Shown here: one piece after another, positions 19,131 through 28,393 of the stretch
How positions within the stretch are numbered: position 1 is the stretch's first letter
How the letters are laid out: every line of letters starts with the position of its first letter
From: an uncultured bacterium
GTDB taxonomy: Bacteria > Fidelibacterota > UBA2242
Length of the DNA: 57,888 nt
Direction: 5' to 3'
Assembly (NCBI GenBank): GCA_964485745.1
Contig: CAZAKO010000002.1
Coordinates: 1 to 57,888 of the forward strand
Program-made: the position numbers and the translations under genes
Notes under the pieces: model-generated
Databases searched by the model: none
What the model was told of the DNA's origin: nothing
What the model saw: the letters and a program-made list of their open reading frames with translations, nothing else

Positions 19131-22013
19131 CTAATGTCTCGTTGTTATCGAAATCCCAGCATCGTGCAAACCATCCGAGCTCGCATTGAGCTTTATCTTC
19201 CCGGCTTTATCGGTTGACTGGACGACGACAAGACATAAACCGTGAAATGCCTTTCGCCCGCTGGCTTTAAAATACTCATGACTAATGGGGTTGCCATTGC
19301 CTACGCCAGCAATAATGCCATTACCTGTAATTGTAAATTTAACAACGTTGTCGGCGTTAGGGCAGAGATGACCTTCCTGGTCCACGATCTCGACTTTGAC
19401 ATAGGAAAGATCCTTACCATTGGCATTTATTTCGCTTCGATCTGGTGTCAATAAAATTTTAGCCGGTGCACCTGCGGTCTGGACTTCGTCCGTGCATATT
19501 ATCTTCCCGTTGTTTTTTGCAACGGCTTTTAATGCTCCCGCGGAATAAGGAACTTTCCATTCCAGATGCAAATCTTCTGTTTCACTGAATTTCTTTTCGC
19601 CAAGGGACTTTCCATTCAAAAACAATTCCACTGACTCACAATTGCTGTAACACCAGACCGGTATCTCTTGTCCCTCGAAACCTTGCCAGTTCCAGTGGGG
19701 CAGAATGTGAACCATTGGCTTCTCCGTCCATCGGCTTTGGTAAAGGTAGTAGCGATCTTTTGGAAAACCGCATAAATCCACAATACCGAAATAAGAACTG
19801 ACGGATGGCCAGCTAAATGGCGTCGGTTCACCGATGTAATCAAAACCCGTCCACACGAATTCACCTGCAACCCACGGAGCGGTTTTAACTGTTTTAAGAG
19901 TCAATTCTGCTGTATTGCCCCAACCAGGAGCAACTATATCATAAGAAGTGCACTGGTTGTTCAGCTCTTTTTTGATTATAAGCTTGTCCCCATCCTGAAC
20001 CAGGTTATATTCTCCACGGGTGCTGACAGCCGAAGCTGTTTCAGAGGCGATTAGCCTCGCTTTTCCCTTCAGAGTCTGGTAGAAGGACATGGAATAATTA
20101 ATGCCAAGCACATCGAGCGGTTTTGAAAAACCATTTTTATCAGCGGCTTCCGGTGAATTGCATGCCGAGGTTACCGGGCGCGTCGGGTCTTCAGTATGAC
20201 AAATATCCACAAGTCGCTTCGCCATTTCATACGCATCGGTATTGTCTTGCTCAGGGATTTCGTTGCCAATGCTCCACAGGATAATACTGGGATGATTCCT
20301 GTCGCGACGAATCATGTCCCTCAGATCTCTCTCGCTCCATTCGTCAAAAAACCGGCCATACCCGTACATCGTCTTTGACCTTTTCCATTCGTCGAATGCC
20401 TCGTCCATGACCAGAAAACCCATCCGGTCGCATAAATCCAACAGCTCAGGTGCAGGCGGATTGTGGCTGGTGCGGATGGCGTTACAACCCATACTCTTCA
20501 TAATTTCCAATTGACGCTCAATGGCGCGTTTATTCACCGCGGCACCTAAGCATCCCAAGTCATGATGATTACAAACACCTTTGATAACAACATGTTTTCC
20601 GTTCAGGAAAAACCCCTTATCTGTCGTAAATTCAAATATCCGGATTCCGAACGGTGTATCACGGCTGTCCGTAATACGACTATTCACAAGAACTTTTGAT
20701 TTAATGAGGTAAAGGGTAGGACTTTCCAGCGACCATAATTTGGGCTTTGGAAGTTTAAAAATCTGTTCAAAAATTCCACCACTGTCTGCCCCTACTTTTT
20801 GAAGCGAAGTGGTGTTGGCAACTTGATTTCCCGACTCATCCACTATCATGGTTTCCAATGTTACTTGTTCGGCAGAATCGGATTGATTCTGGATTTTCGT
20901 TGCCACGCGGACTGTGGCTTCGTTTTCTGACACATCCGGAGTAGTAACATAGATTCCCCAATGCGCGATATGAACCGGGTCTGTTATTGTTAATCGCACA
21001 TTCCGGTAAATGCCTGTGCCAGAATACCAGCGCGAGCATGGCTGCTGTACATTGACCCTAACTGCTAAAACATTTTGCTCGTCGCCAAATTTCAGATGTG
21101 GAGTCAATTCGTAATGAAAGCTGGAATAGCCGTACGGCCGGTTGCCGAGATGAACGCCGTTGATCCAGACGTCGCTGTTCATATACACGCCGTCGAATTC
21201 AATAAATACACGCTTGCCTTGAATGTTTTCCGGAAGTGTAAATGTTTTTCGGTACCAGCCGATGCCCGCGTTTACATAACCAGCGCCGCTTCCACCCGGG
21301 CAGGTTGATTCAAAAGGACCTTCGATTATCTTTTCTCCGTCATTATAAATTCCGCCTGTGATTATACCGTCAAAAACCCGGACAGCGATGCTGTTTTTAC
21401 CGCCGTAGTGAATGATTTCGGGAGGGACTTTATAACGCCGGAAGATATCCCAGGCGGTTACATAATTAGGGGGAAATGAACCCAAACTGCCCACCTTTAC
21501 ACCATTGAAATAAGTCTCGTCGACGTCGTCAATTTTGCCAACATTGATATAAATATCTTTCCCTTCTAAATCCGCAGGGATAATCAACTCGCGGCGGTAC
21601 CAACCGTACACGTTATCCTGGGTGTAGTTCGAATGTTCTTCCCAACTCGAAGGAAGCTTCACAACCTGCCAGGAATTGTCGTCCAGATCAGGGGCCTTCC
21701 AAAGCAGGTTATCGCCCCTCCTAAATTTCCATTCTCCTTTCACAACATTGAACTCCGGTGCATCCTCTTGTTTTGTTTCGGATTGAGCTAACCCTGCAAT
21801 ACTCCAATCGTGGGGCACATTCACGCTCAGCCACGAAGCGTCGTTAAATTCGGGCTTTTCAGCATCGTTAATTTCACCTGTGCAAAATCGCCAGCCCGTA
21901 TCAAATGACTGGATTTGTCTGATTCTCCCGTTACCGGCACAACCGCAGATTACAATTGTAATTAGAGCCGCACTAAATAAACAAATGATTGAAATTTGTT
22001 TGATATTCAACAT
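19131..22013 (-). CDS. GH2 beta-galactosidase-type glycosidase with nested extra sugar-binding domain
   Basis: 'FDTGWRF...VPHDWSIAG', 'GIGWYRKTF', 'FDGVYMNSDVWINGVHLG', 'NAIRTSHNPPAPELLDLCDRMGFLVMDEAFDEW' and 'HPSIILWSIGNEIPE' (acid/base Glu). Confidence 0.85.
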   Translation of the reverse strand: MLNIKQISIICLFSAALITIVICGCAGNGRIRQIQSFDTGWRFCTGEINDAEKPEFNDASWLSVNVPHDWSIAGLAQSETKQEDAPEFNVVKGEWKFRRGDNLLWKAPDLDDNSWQVVKLPSSWEEHSNYTQDNVYGWYRRELIIPADLEGKDIYINVGKIDDVDETYFNGVKVGSLGSFPPNYVTAWDIFRRYKVPPEIIHYGGKNSIAVRVFDGIITGGIYNDGEKIIEGPFESTCPGGSGAGYVNAGIGWYRKTFTLPENIQGKRVFIEFDGVYMNSDVWINGVHLGNRPYGYSSFHYELTPHLKFGDEQNVLAVRVNVQQPCSRWYSGTGIYRNVRLTITDPVHIAHWGIYVTTPDVSENEATVRVATKIQNQSDSAEQVTLETMIVDESGNQVANTTSLQKVGADSGGIFEQIFKLPKPKLWSLESPTLYLIKSKVLVNSRITDSRDTPFGIRIFEFTTDKGFFLNGKHVVIKGVCNHHDLGCLGAAVNKRAIERQLEIMKSMGCNAIRTSHNPPAPELLDLCDRMGFLVMDEAFDEWKRSKTMYGYGRFFDEWSERDLRDMIRRDRNHPSIILWSIGNEIPEQDNTDAYEMAKRLVDICHTEDPTRPVTSACNSPEAADKNGFSKPLDVLGINYSMSFYQTLKGKARLIASETASAVSTRGEYNLVQDGDKLIIKKELNNQCTSYDIVAPGWGNTAELTLKTVKTAPWVAGEFVWTGFDYIGEPTPFSWPSVSSYFGIVDLCGFPKDRYYLYQSRWTEKPMVHILPHWNWQGFEGQEIPVWCYSNCESVELFLNGKSLGEKKFSETEDLHLEWKVPYSAGALKAVAKNNGKIICTDEVQTAGAPAKILLTPDRSEINANGKDLSYVKVEIVDQEGHLCPNADNVVKFTITGNGIIAGVGNGNPISHEYFKASGRKAFHGLCLVVVQSTDKAGKIKLNASSDGLHDAGISITTRH

Positions 22014-22055
22014 TGAGTGACTCCTCCCTTCATTTTGTTAGTTGCACTCGTCTGC

Positions 22056-24734
22056 TCATTTTAATACTAAAAACTTCTTCGTGGCATAGTAATTTCCAGC
22101 CCGTAGTTTATAAAAGTACACTCCATTAGGCAGATTGGCGGCATTAAATCGCACGGAATGATTGCCTGCATCCTGGTGTTCCTTGAGCAGTGTTTCAACT
22201 TCCTTTCCGAGAACATCGTAGACTTTTAAAGTCACAAAATCACTTGCCGGCAATTGATAACTGATGAGCGTGGACGGATTAAACGGGTTTGGGTAGTTTT
22301 GATGCAGTTTAAATAATTGTGGCTGATTCATGCCTTGTTGTATATCTGTTGTACCCTCTTTTCTGAGCAAACGAATATCAAAGACGCCGCCGGCATAGCC
22401 ATTCGACGGTGCTTGAAACTTTACCCGAATGGTATCCTTGCCTTCTATCTTAGAGTTGGGAATTTTATACTCTATGTTCTTAAAGTCCAAAACATTCCAT
22501 ACTCCGGCTATATTGACCGTTTTAAATTTTACGTCATCGATGAGAATATCAAATGTTCTGTTTCCGGATTCGTTTCCCCAGTAACGCACCATCAAATACA
22601 AATTGATCTCACCATTGGTTTTTAGATTATAACTAAAATAACCTGCATTCCGGGCATCCCGCCAAATTTCACTCAGATAAGTGCCGGTATTGGAATTTGA
22701 ATCCTGCATCGCATGTGCGAGCTCGGATTGTGGATCGCCGACCGCTACCGAATCAATTGTACGATCACTCATATCTTCATTTTCAGCAATAGAATCGAGA
22801 AATGCCTGGTATTGGGACTCTGTTAAAGCCATCCAGTACATCATATATCTTGCATCATGGATTTGATAGAAAGGTTCAAACTCGAGATCATTTTCAGAAT
22901 TAACAATATTGAGTTCAGGAGCAGTAAAGGTCAATGGTTTACCTTCTACCGGTACCAACTTGTCCGGAATTTCGGAACGGTCATCTTCAACAATAATTGG
23001 CGCCTTATCAACAGGATAAATTGGTCCATTGGGATGTTGCCCCGCAGGGCCATCATCAGCGATCAAGCCCGTTAAATATTCTGTACCCGTTTTTGCCCCA
23101 AGCAGAATTGGGCCATGCATAAAGGCGACATACCTGGGTACATTGATCAACTCCACGATGGTATTGTGCATGGGCAGCAGAATCTCTACCTCATCCCCGG
23201 CTGTCCATGACCTGTCAACTTGAATGTAAGAAGATGGCTCTGCTGAATAGGGCCAGTCGTTGCCATTGACAGTCACTTTCAACGCTCCAGCGGCAACCCA
23301 CGACGGATAGCGAATCATTAATTTGAATTGAGCCGATCCTTCAGTGATAGTCAGTTTGGTTTGTTCTTCACTGGGGAAATTGGTTTCCTGTTTGATTTTA
23401 ATTCCTTTCACTCTCCAATCTAATTCGGAGGCAATGAAAAGATTTAAAAACAGAGAATCATTCTGATGTGTATAAATGAACTGGTTATATTTTCCATGGT
23501 TTTCCATGCCGGTGCCCACGCAGCACCACATGGCCTGATTTGGGGCGGAATAGACCCGATAATGACGGGGACGTGCCGGCGTATGATAGACATAACCGCC
23601 ATGCTCGGGATGCTGAGTAGACAGGATATGATTGTAAAGCGCTCGTTCATAAAAATCGACATATTTTACCAATGGATTTGCCCTGAACAAATCCTCGGTT
23701 AATTTGAGCATGTTGTACGTATTGCAGGATTCGGGACCATCAATCTCATTGATATAATCACCGCAGGCGGCAGCACTTGGAAAATGTTCTTTCCGACTGT
23801 TTCCGCCAAACGCCAGACTGCGGTTGCGAGTCACTGTTTCCCAGAAAAAACTGGCGGCATTGGCATAGGTGTCATCCCCACTAAGCTCTGCTATCCGTTG
23901 AAAGCCAACAGCTTTAGGAATCTGGGTATTGGCATGTTTATTATCGAGATTATCATTACCGGCAGCCATAGGATTTAATATGTCCTTATGAGAAAAGCGT
24001 TTCGCAGCCGTTAAATACTTTTCATCTCCGGTCATCTGATATGCATCGGCAAAAATTTCATTCATCCCGCCATGTTCTACGTCGAGCATTGTTTCCATCT
24101 GGGCGTCGGTCAGACCGGAAGTTATATCTATCCCCCAATCACAAAATTTTAGAAAAATGGTTTTGGCGTCTTCATTGCCGCCATACATCCAGGCATCCCG
24201 TAATCCGGCGTACATTTTATGAAGATTATACCAGGGTGCCCAGGCTGACTGATAAACCGAAAAATCACCCGTTTTAAACTTTGACCACATTGCACTGCTA
24301 TTGGGAACTCCGCCAACATAATTAATTCCCCAGGCTGAATTGTTGGCACTATTGGCGTCCTGACAAGCCTTAAGCTCGGAGATCATGTAATCCATGCGGG
24401 CTTTGCACTCGGCGTTGCCTGTGGCAGCATAATTCATTGCCATCACCGATAAATAATGCCCGCCAATATGCCCATCCAGACCACCGCTTTCCCAGTTTGG
24501 ATAATTGCTCGCTTTCGATGGCAATCCGGCGATCTTGAGATATGGTGCCAAACAACGATCCGCATTATATTGCAGAAGGGTTTGAATATTCAGGTCGCGG
24601 GCATTTTTAAACGGCCCGTCCAGCAAGATAACGTCTCCCAGGGGGAATTCATTTGTATAGAGTTTATCCTGCGCATAAGCATTGCTGAATAGCAAGACCG
24701 CACAAAAGATTAAAACAAAGAAATGTGTTTTCAT
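22056..24734 (-). CDS. GH127-type (DUF1680) beta-L-arabinofuranosidase-like enzyme with extra beta-sandwich module and T9SS sorting domain
   Basis: 'LLDGPFKNARDLNIQTLLQYNADRCLAPY' and 'GLDGHIGGHYLSVMAM'. 'ESCNTYNMLKL' and 'QAMWCCVGTGMENHGKY' provide the Glu/Cys and Cys-Cys zinc/catalytic motifs known from HypBA1. I chose ATG 24734 (AGGA upstream, signal peptide MKTHFFVLIFCAVLLFSNAYAQ) over the track start 24794, which has no SD. Confidence 0.8.
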   Translation of the reverse strand: MKTHFFVLIFCAVLLFSNAYAQDKLYTNEFPLGDVILLDGPFKNARDLNIQTLLQYNADRCLAPYLKIAGLPSKASNYPNWESGGLDGHIGGHYLSVMAMNYAATGNAECKARMDYMISELKACQDANSANNSAWGINYVGGVPNSSAMWSKFKTGDFSVYQSAWAPWYNLHKMYAGLRDAWMYGGNEDAKTIFLKFCDWGIDITSGLTDAQMETMLDVEHGGMNEIFADAYQMTGDEKYLTAAKRFSHKDILNPMAAGNDNLDNKHANTQIPKAVGFQRIAELSGDDTYANAASFFWETVTRNRSLAFGGNSRKEHFPSAAACGDYINEIDGPESCNTYNMLKLTEDLFRANPLVKYVDFYERALYNHILSTQHPEHGGYVYHTPARPRHYRVYSAPNQAMWCCVGTGMENHGKYNQFIYTHQNDSLFLNLFIASELDWRVKGIKIKQETNFPSEEQTKLTITEGSAQFKLMIRYPSWVAAGALKVTVNGNDWPYSAEPSSYIQVDRSWTAGDEVEILLPMHNTIVELINVPRYVAFMHGPILLGAKTGTEYLTGLIADDGPAGQHPNGPIYPVDKAPIIVEDDRSEIPDKLVPVEGKPLTFTAPELNIVNSENDLEFEPFYQIHDARYMMYWMALTESQYQAFLDSIAENEDMSDRTIDSVAVGDPQSELAHAMQDSNSNTGTYLSEIWRDARNAGYFSYNLKTNGEINLYLMVRYWGNESGNRTFDILIDDVKFKTVNIAGVWNVLDFKNIEYKIPNSKIEGKDTIRVKFQAPSNGYAGGVFDIRLLRKEGTTDIQQGMNQPQLFKLHQNYPNPFNPSTLISYQLPASDFVTLKVYDVLGKEVETLLKEHQDAGNHSVRFNAANLPNGVYFYKLRAGNYYATKKFLVLK
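22059..22301 (-). other. T9SS type-A C-terminal sorting domain (domain of the GH127-like enzyme)
   Basis: '[39 protein letters not shown]...NGVYFYKLRAGNYYATKKFLVLK'. Confidence 0.85.
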
Positions 24735-24804
24735 TTCAAATCCTATAGATAATAGAATAAACAAGATTTTTAAAATGGCGTTGATCAATTTCATTTGACT
24801 GCAT

Positions 24805-26319
24805 TTATTTAATGAATATCATTTTTTTCGAACCATGATACTTGTTTGATTGACCTCTGACTTGAATTTTACAAAAATACAATCCACTGCTAACTACATT
24901 GCCATTATCATTAAGTGATCTCCAGCTAATATCATGTAATCCTGCACCAAGGGTTTCATTTACCAATGTTTTCACTTTTTTACCATTGATGTTATAAATT
25001 TCCATGAGCGTCATCCCCGCTTCCGGCAAATGAAAACGAATTAATGTTACATTGGTGAACGGATTTGGATAATTGTTTTCAATCACGATTTCGTTGTACA
25101 GGGTATCGGCATCGCTCTCCCGGCATTTGGGCGCGCTCCCGGTATAAGTCGGCAGCCAATCGAAATAAGCTTGCGCGCCTTGCTTTGGACTCAGGTAGCA
25201 TTCCTGTGGAAGGCTATCGCCAAGATTCTCAATCAGGTCGCTAAGAAAGCCAACGAGGTATGAGACATTGCCTTGGTTATCCATAGCTTTTTTGATCGCG
25301 TTGCCGAAGCCGGCCGTGCTCCCGTTGACCAGGTTCCAGGGATCGTTTGGGAACGGAGTCCAAAACATTTCCGTGATGATCATTGGCCACTGGTCCGCGG
25401 CAGGTTTGTATTGTCTGTCCCACAGGACTTGAACGGCCATGAAATTATCGAACACACCACCATACGCAGGATAAAAATGGCACGCGATACCAATGTTTGT
25501 GCCAGTGAAGGGATAGATGACCCATTGATAAGGCGATCCCTGCCACTCTAATGTCGGAACCCAGATGACGTTTTCTGCGCCCGTATTCCGGATCGTGTCG
25601 ATGATAGGTTGTATCCAGTTTGTGAAGGCCGAAAAGTATTTGTTTTGATGGTTGCCCCAGTCGCCATTGCCCGGAGCCGATTCGATATCGACCGGCTCGT
25701 TCATGAGCTCAAACATGATGTTGTCCATTTTGTTGACGACCGAAGCAGTGGCGATTCTCTGCCAGAAGGTGCGCAGACGCTGCTGTTCTATCACACCCGC
25801 GTTACGGGTGCCGTTATTAGGTGTGTTAATCGGCCCAGTCGCGCTCAGCACCAGGTACAAGCCGACCGACCTGAGATGGTTGGCGTAAGGAACCAGAAAG
25901 TTATTGATCCAGCCATCGAACTGACTGGTGTCGACCAGCCCCTGCTCATGCGTCCAACCGCCGATTGCGTCGGTATTGACCCGCACAAAGCTGCAATACC
26001 ATCCATGATCCCGACCATATCTCGGGCTGGTGTCGCTCATCAGGTCAGCAACAATATTCATAAAGTTCAAAAAGCCTGCGACAGCCTTCGTATTGTTCCA
26101 GTCCTGTGGATCTCGGTACCATCTATTGCCGTTAAACCAGCTGGCTGTGGGTTGCATCCATCCATGAAGCAGGACATTGTTGCCGCAGGGATCTTTCAGG
26201 AAGCAGCCCTCTACATGTAAAGGCGGCGTTGGCATTCCCTCATAAGCCTGGGCGCATATCGAGAAGGCTGCTATCGCGGCAATAATAGAAGCTACATTGA
26301 TGATTCGTAAAGATTTCAT
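24805..26319 (-). CDS. GH5 family glycanase (probable endo-acting; specificity unknown) with T9SS sorting domain
   Basis: Signal peptide. 'NVLLHGWMQP', 'IMFELMNEP' (acid/base Glu in NEP) and 'MIITEMFW' (nucleophile Glu). C-terminal 'NNYPNPFTNVTLIRFHL...GLYFCKIQV...KKMIFIK'. Confidence 0.75.
   Translation of the reverse strand: MKSLRIINVASIIAAIAAFSICAQAYEGMPTPPLHVEGCFLKDPCGNNVLLHGWMQPTASWFNGNRWYRDPQDWNNTKAVAGFLNFMNIVADLMSDTSPRYGRDHGWYCSFVRVNTDAIGGWTHEQGLVDTSQFDGWINNFLVPYANHLRSVGLYLVLSATGPINTPNNGTRNAGVIEQQRLRTFWQRIATASVVNKMDNIMFELMNEPVDIESAPGNGDWGNHQNKYFSAFTNWIQPIIDTIRNTGAENVIWVPTLEWQGSPYQWVIYPFTGTNIGIACHFYPAYGGVFDNFMAVQVLWDRQYKPAADQWPMIITEMFWTPFPNDPWNLVNGSTAGFGNAIKKAMDNQGNVSYLVGFLSDLIENLGDSLPQECYLSPKQGAQAYFDWLPTYTGSAPKCRESDADTLYNEIVIENNYPNPFTNVTLIRFHLPEAGMTLMEIYNINGKKVKTLVNETLGAGLHDISWRSLNDNGNVVSSGLYFCKIQVRGQSNKYHGSKKMIFIK
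24808..25077 (-). other. T9SS type-A C-terminal sorting domain (domain of the GH5 enzyme)
   Basis: 90-aa tail with 'NYPNPF', 'IYNINGKKVKTL', 'GLYFCKI' and terminal 'KKMIFIK'. Confidence 0.8.
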
Positions 26320-26391
26320 TTTTTCTTTATAAAAGTCTTTATTCTTTCTTTTATTGTTTTAAGGGTAATGTCCGCCTTTAACCATTTGATA

Positions 26392-28332
26392 CTATTTTAA
26401 CAACAACATCTTCTTAGTACTATGATACGATCCTGCTTCTATTTTATAAAAATATACTCCACTCGGCAGATTGGAGGCATTGAATTGGAGTGAATGACTA
26501 CCTGCATTTTGACGTCCATTGACCAGCGTTTCGACTTCTTTTCCCGTTATATCGAATATCTTCAATATCACAAAATCATTTACTGGTAATAGATAGCTGA
26601 TGTTGGTGATTGGATTAAAGGGATTGGGGTAATTTTGATATAAACGATATGATTGAGCGATTTGAGTGTTTGCTTCATCATTCACTGCGACATAATTATC
26701 CCCACCTTCTATCATTATCATCTGGACTGACCTGGCGGGTGAAGCAAATTTAATCTCAGTTTCGATTGGGTAGGCATTCGCCGGAATATCCAATAGCTCC
26801 TCATAAGGTCCCCAATGGTTTGCATCCGGTCCGTATCCGTTGATGAAAACATTCGGCGAAAAGTCGCCACCATCTGTTCCGCCTATAAACGAGTAAATAT
26901 AATAATTTTGACCAACGCCGATCGACTGCAAGCTAATGCCGACAACCTCATCTTCAGTCCCTTTGTTTACAATAACCACCGCAGTTTCACCGGACGAATA
27001 TCTTGAAGCATAACTGAGTATATCGGTATCAGATGAAACCGCAGAAATGGCATGATCACCATAAAATTTTTGCAGAAAAGTTAGATAATAAAAGTCCGCG
27101 TGGGGATGATTTAAATAGTTAGGATCAGAACCACCATAAAACATGGTTGATTCGCCGGAAATCAGCAGCCATCTTGCAGCTAATCCATAATTGTTTTTTA
27201 TCATTTCACAAATCAGAACAACAGCCTGCATGCCATTGATATAAGATATTTGCTGAGCGACGGGTGCATTAAAGTGCATATTGTACTCGGTTAAAGCGAT
27301 CGGTTTGGGATAGGCACTTCTATTGGTGAAATCCTTCTTTAAATAGTCGATGTCCCTTTTAGGTTCGGTTACAGCAATACTCAAGAGCGCTGGTACCGTA
27401 TATGAAGAACCGAAATAATTATGAATAATATAAAAGTCAGCTTTATCGCCCACCTCTTTAAAGAATCCTTCGTTCCACGTTCGATCCACAAAATTCCAGC
27501 TTGTGGGTCCGTCAATGACAACCTGTCCCCCAATGTAAATATCAGTTCCAATCTCCTCCGCGGCTTTTCGCATTGAATCGGCAAAGACTTTGAAGTGCTT
27601 TCCGTATAGTGCGCCTGAAATAATTTGCGGTTGTCCGTCTTTATTCAACGCTGTATCAATCATCCAGCCATATTCCCACGGACCGCCGTTCTCATTGCCA
27701 ATTTCCCAAAACTTAGTTTGTCCGTCATCATAACGTACCCAGTCAGCGGCAAGATGGGCAGCTTTAGCTACCGGATCCGTGCTGGTTCCATAACGCGCAT
27801 ATCCGTAATTAATTGTGATTAATCCTTCAGCAACATCCGCATTATTACGAAGCTCATAATACTGGTCGCGTGTAGTTTGCCACCCTCCAACTCCTGTTTG
27901 TCCCCAAAATTTGTTTTTCTTTGCAGTTTTAGTGGTACTGTTATAGGTTGTCCCGTCATAAATTGAATCCGGAACATCGCTTGGTACACCATTCCAAAAA
28001 TACCCGTTTGACCAACTTCCACCAGGAAAACGAATAAGAGTCGGGGCCAGCCGCCAAATACCTTCGACTAATGTAGGATTATTATGGGCACCGGCCCAGG
28101 CGGCGATGGCATTCCCAAATACATATTTGGAAATTCTTCCAAGAGTGTCACTATTTAAGGTAACTGCGACTGAGGCTGGATTAGTAGGTTTTACAGCAGC
28201 AACTGCTTGAGGTATCTCCGCTGTCTTTGATCTGAAATCATCAAGGAAACAATTCTCAGCATTCTGTCCAAAAAGGTTAGCATTAATCAGGAATATCGTT
28301 CCGATAAAAATCAAATAAATTATTTTTTTCAT
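26392..28332 (-). CDS. Clan GH-A-like (beta/alpha)8 glycoside hydrolase, family unassigned, with T9SS sorting domain
   Basis: Signal peptide. 'LIRFPGGSWSNGYFWNG', 'KFWEIGNENGGPWEYGW' (candidate acid/base Glu) and 'PIALTEYNMHF' (candidate nucleophile Glu). Beta-sandwich region, then '[18 protein letters not shown]...GVYFYKIEAGSYHSTKKMLLLK'. Confidence 0.6.
   Translation of the reverse strand: MKKIIYLIFIGTIFLINANLFGQNAENCFLDDFRSKTAEIPQAVAAVKPTNPASVAVTLNSDTLGRISKYVFGNAIAAWAGAHNNPTLVEGIWRLAPTLIRFPGGSWSNGYFWNGVPSDVPDSIYDGTTYNSTTKTAKKNKFWGQTGVGGWQTTRDQYYELRNNADVAEGLITINYGYARYGTSTDPVAKAAHLAADWVRYDDGQTKFWEIGNENGGPWEYGWMIDTALNKDGQPQIISGALYGKHFKVFADSMRKAAEEIGTDIYIGGQVVIDGPTSWNFVDRTWNEGFFKEVGDKADFYIIHNYFGSSYTVPALLSIAVTEPKRDIDYLKKDFTNRSAYPKPIALTEYNMHFNAPVAQQISYINGMQAVVLICEMIKNNYGLAARWLLISGESTMFYGGSDPNYLNHPHADFYYLTFLQKFYGDHAISAVSSDTDILSYASRYSSGETAVVIVNKGTEDEVVGISLQSIGVGQNYYIYSFIGGTDGGDFSPNVFINGYGPDANHWGPYEELLDIPANAYPIETEIKFASPARSVQMIMIEGGDNYVAVNDEANTQIAQSYRLYQNYPNPFNPITNISYLLPVNDFVILKIFDITGKEVETLVNGRQNAGSHSLQFNASNLPSGVYFYKIEAGSYHSTKKMLLLK
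26395..26637 (-). other. T9SS type-A C-terminal sorting domain (domain of the unassigned GH)
   Basis: 81-aa tail, very similar to the GH127 tail at 22059-22301. Confidence 0.85.
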
Positions 28333-28393
28333 TATTAAGTCCTTTCGTTATTGTCTTTGTTGTTGCCACACTTGCGAACCAGACGATTAGTGT

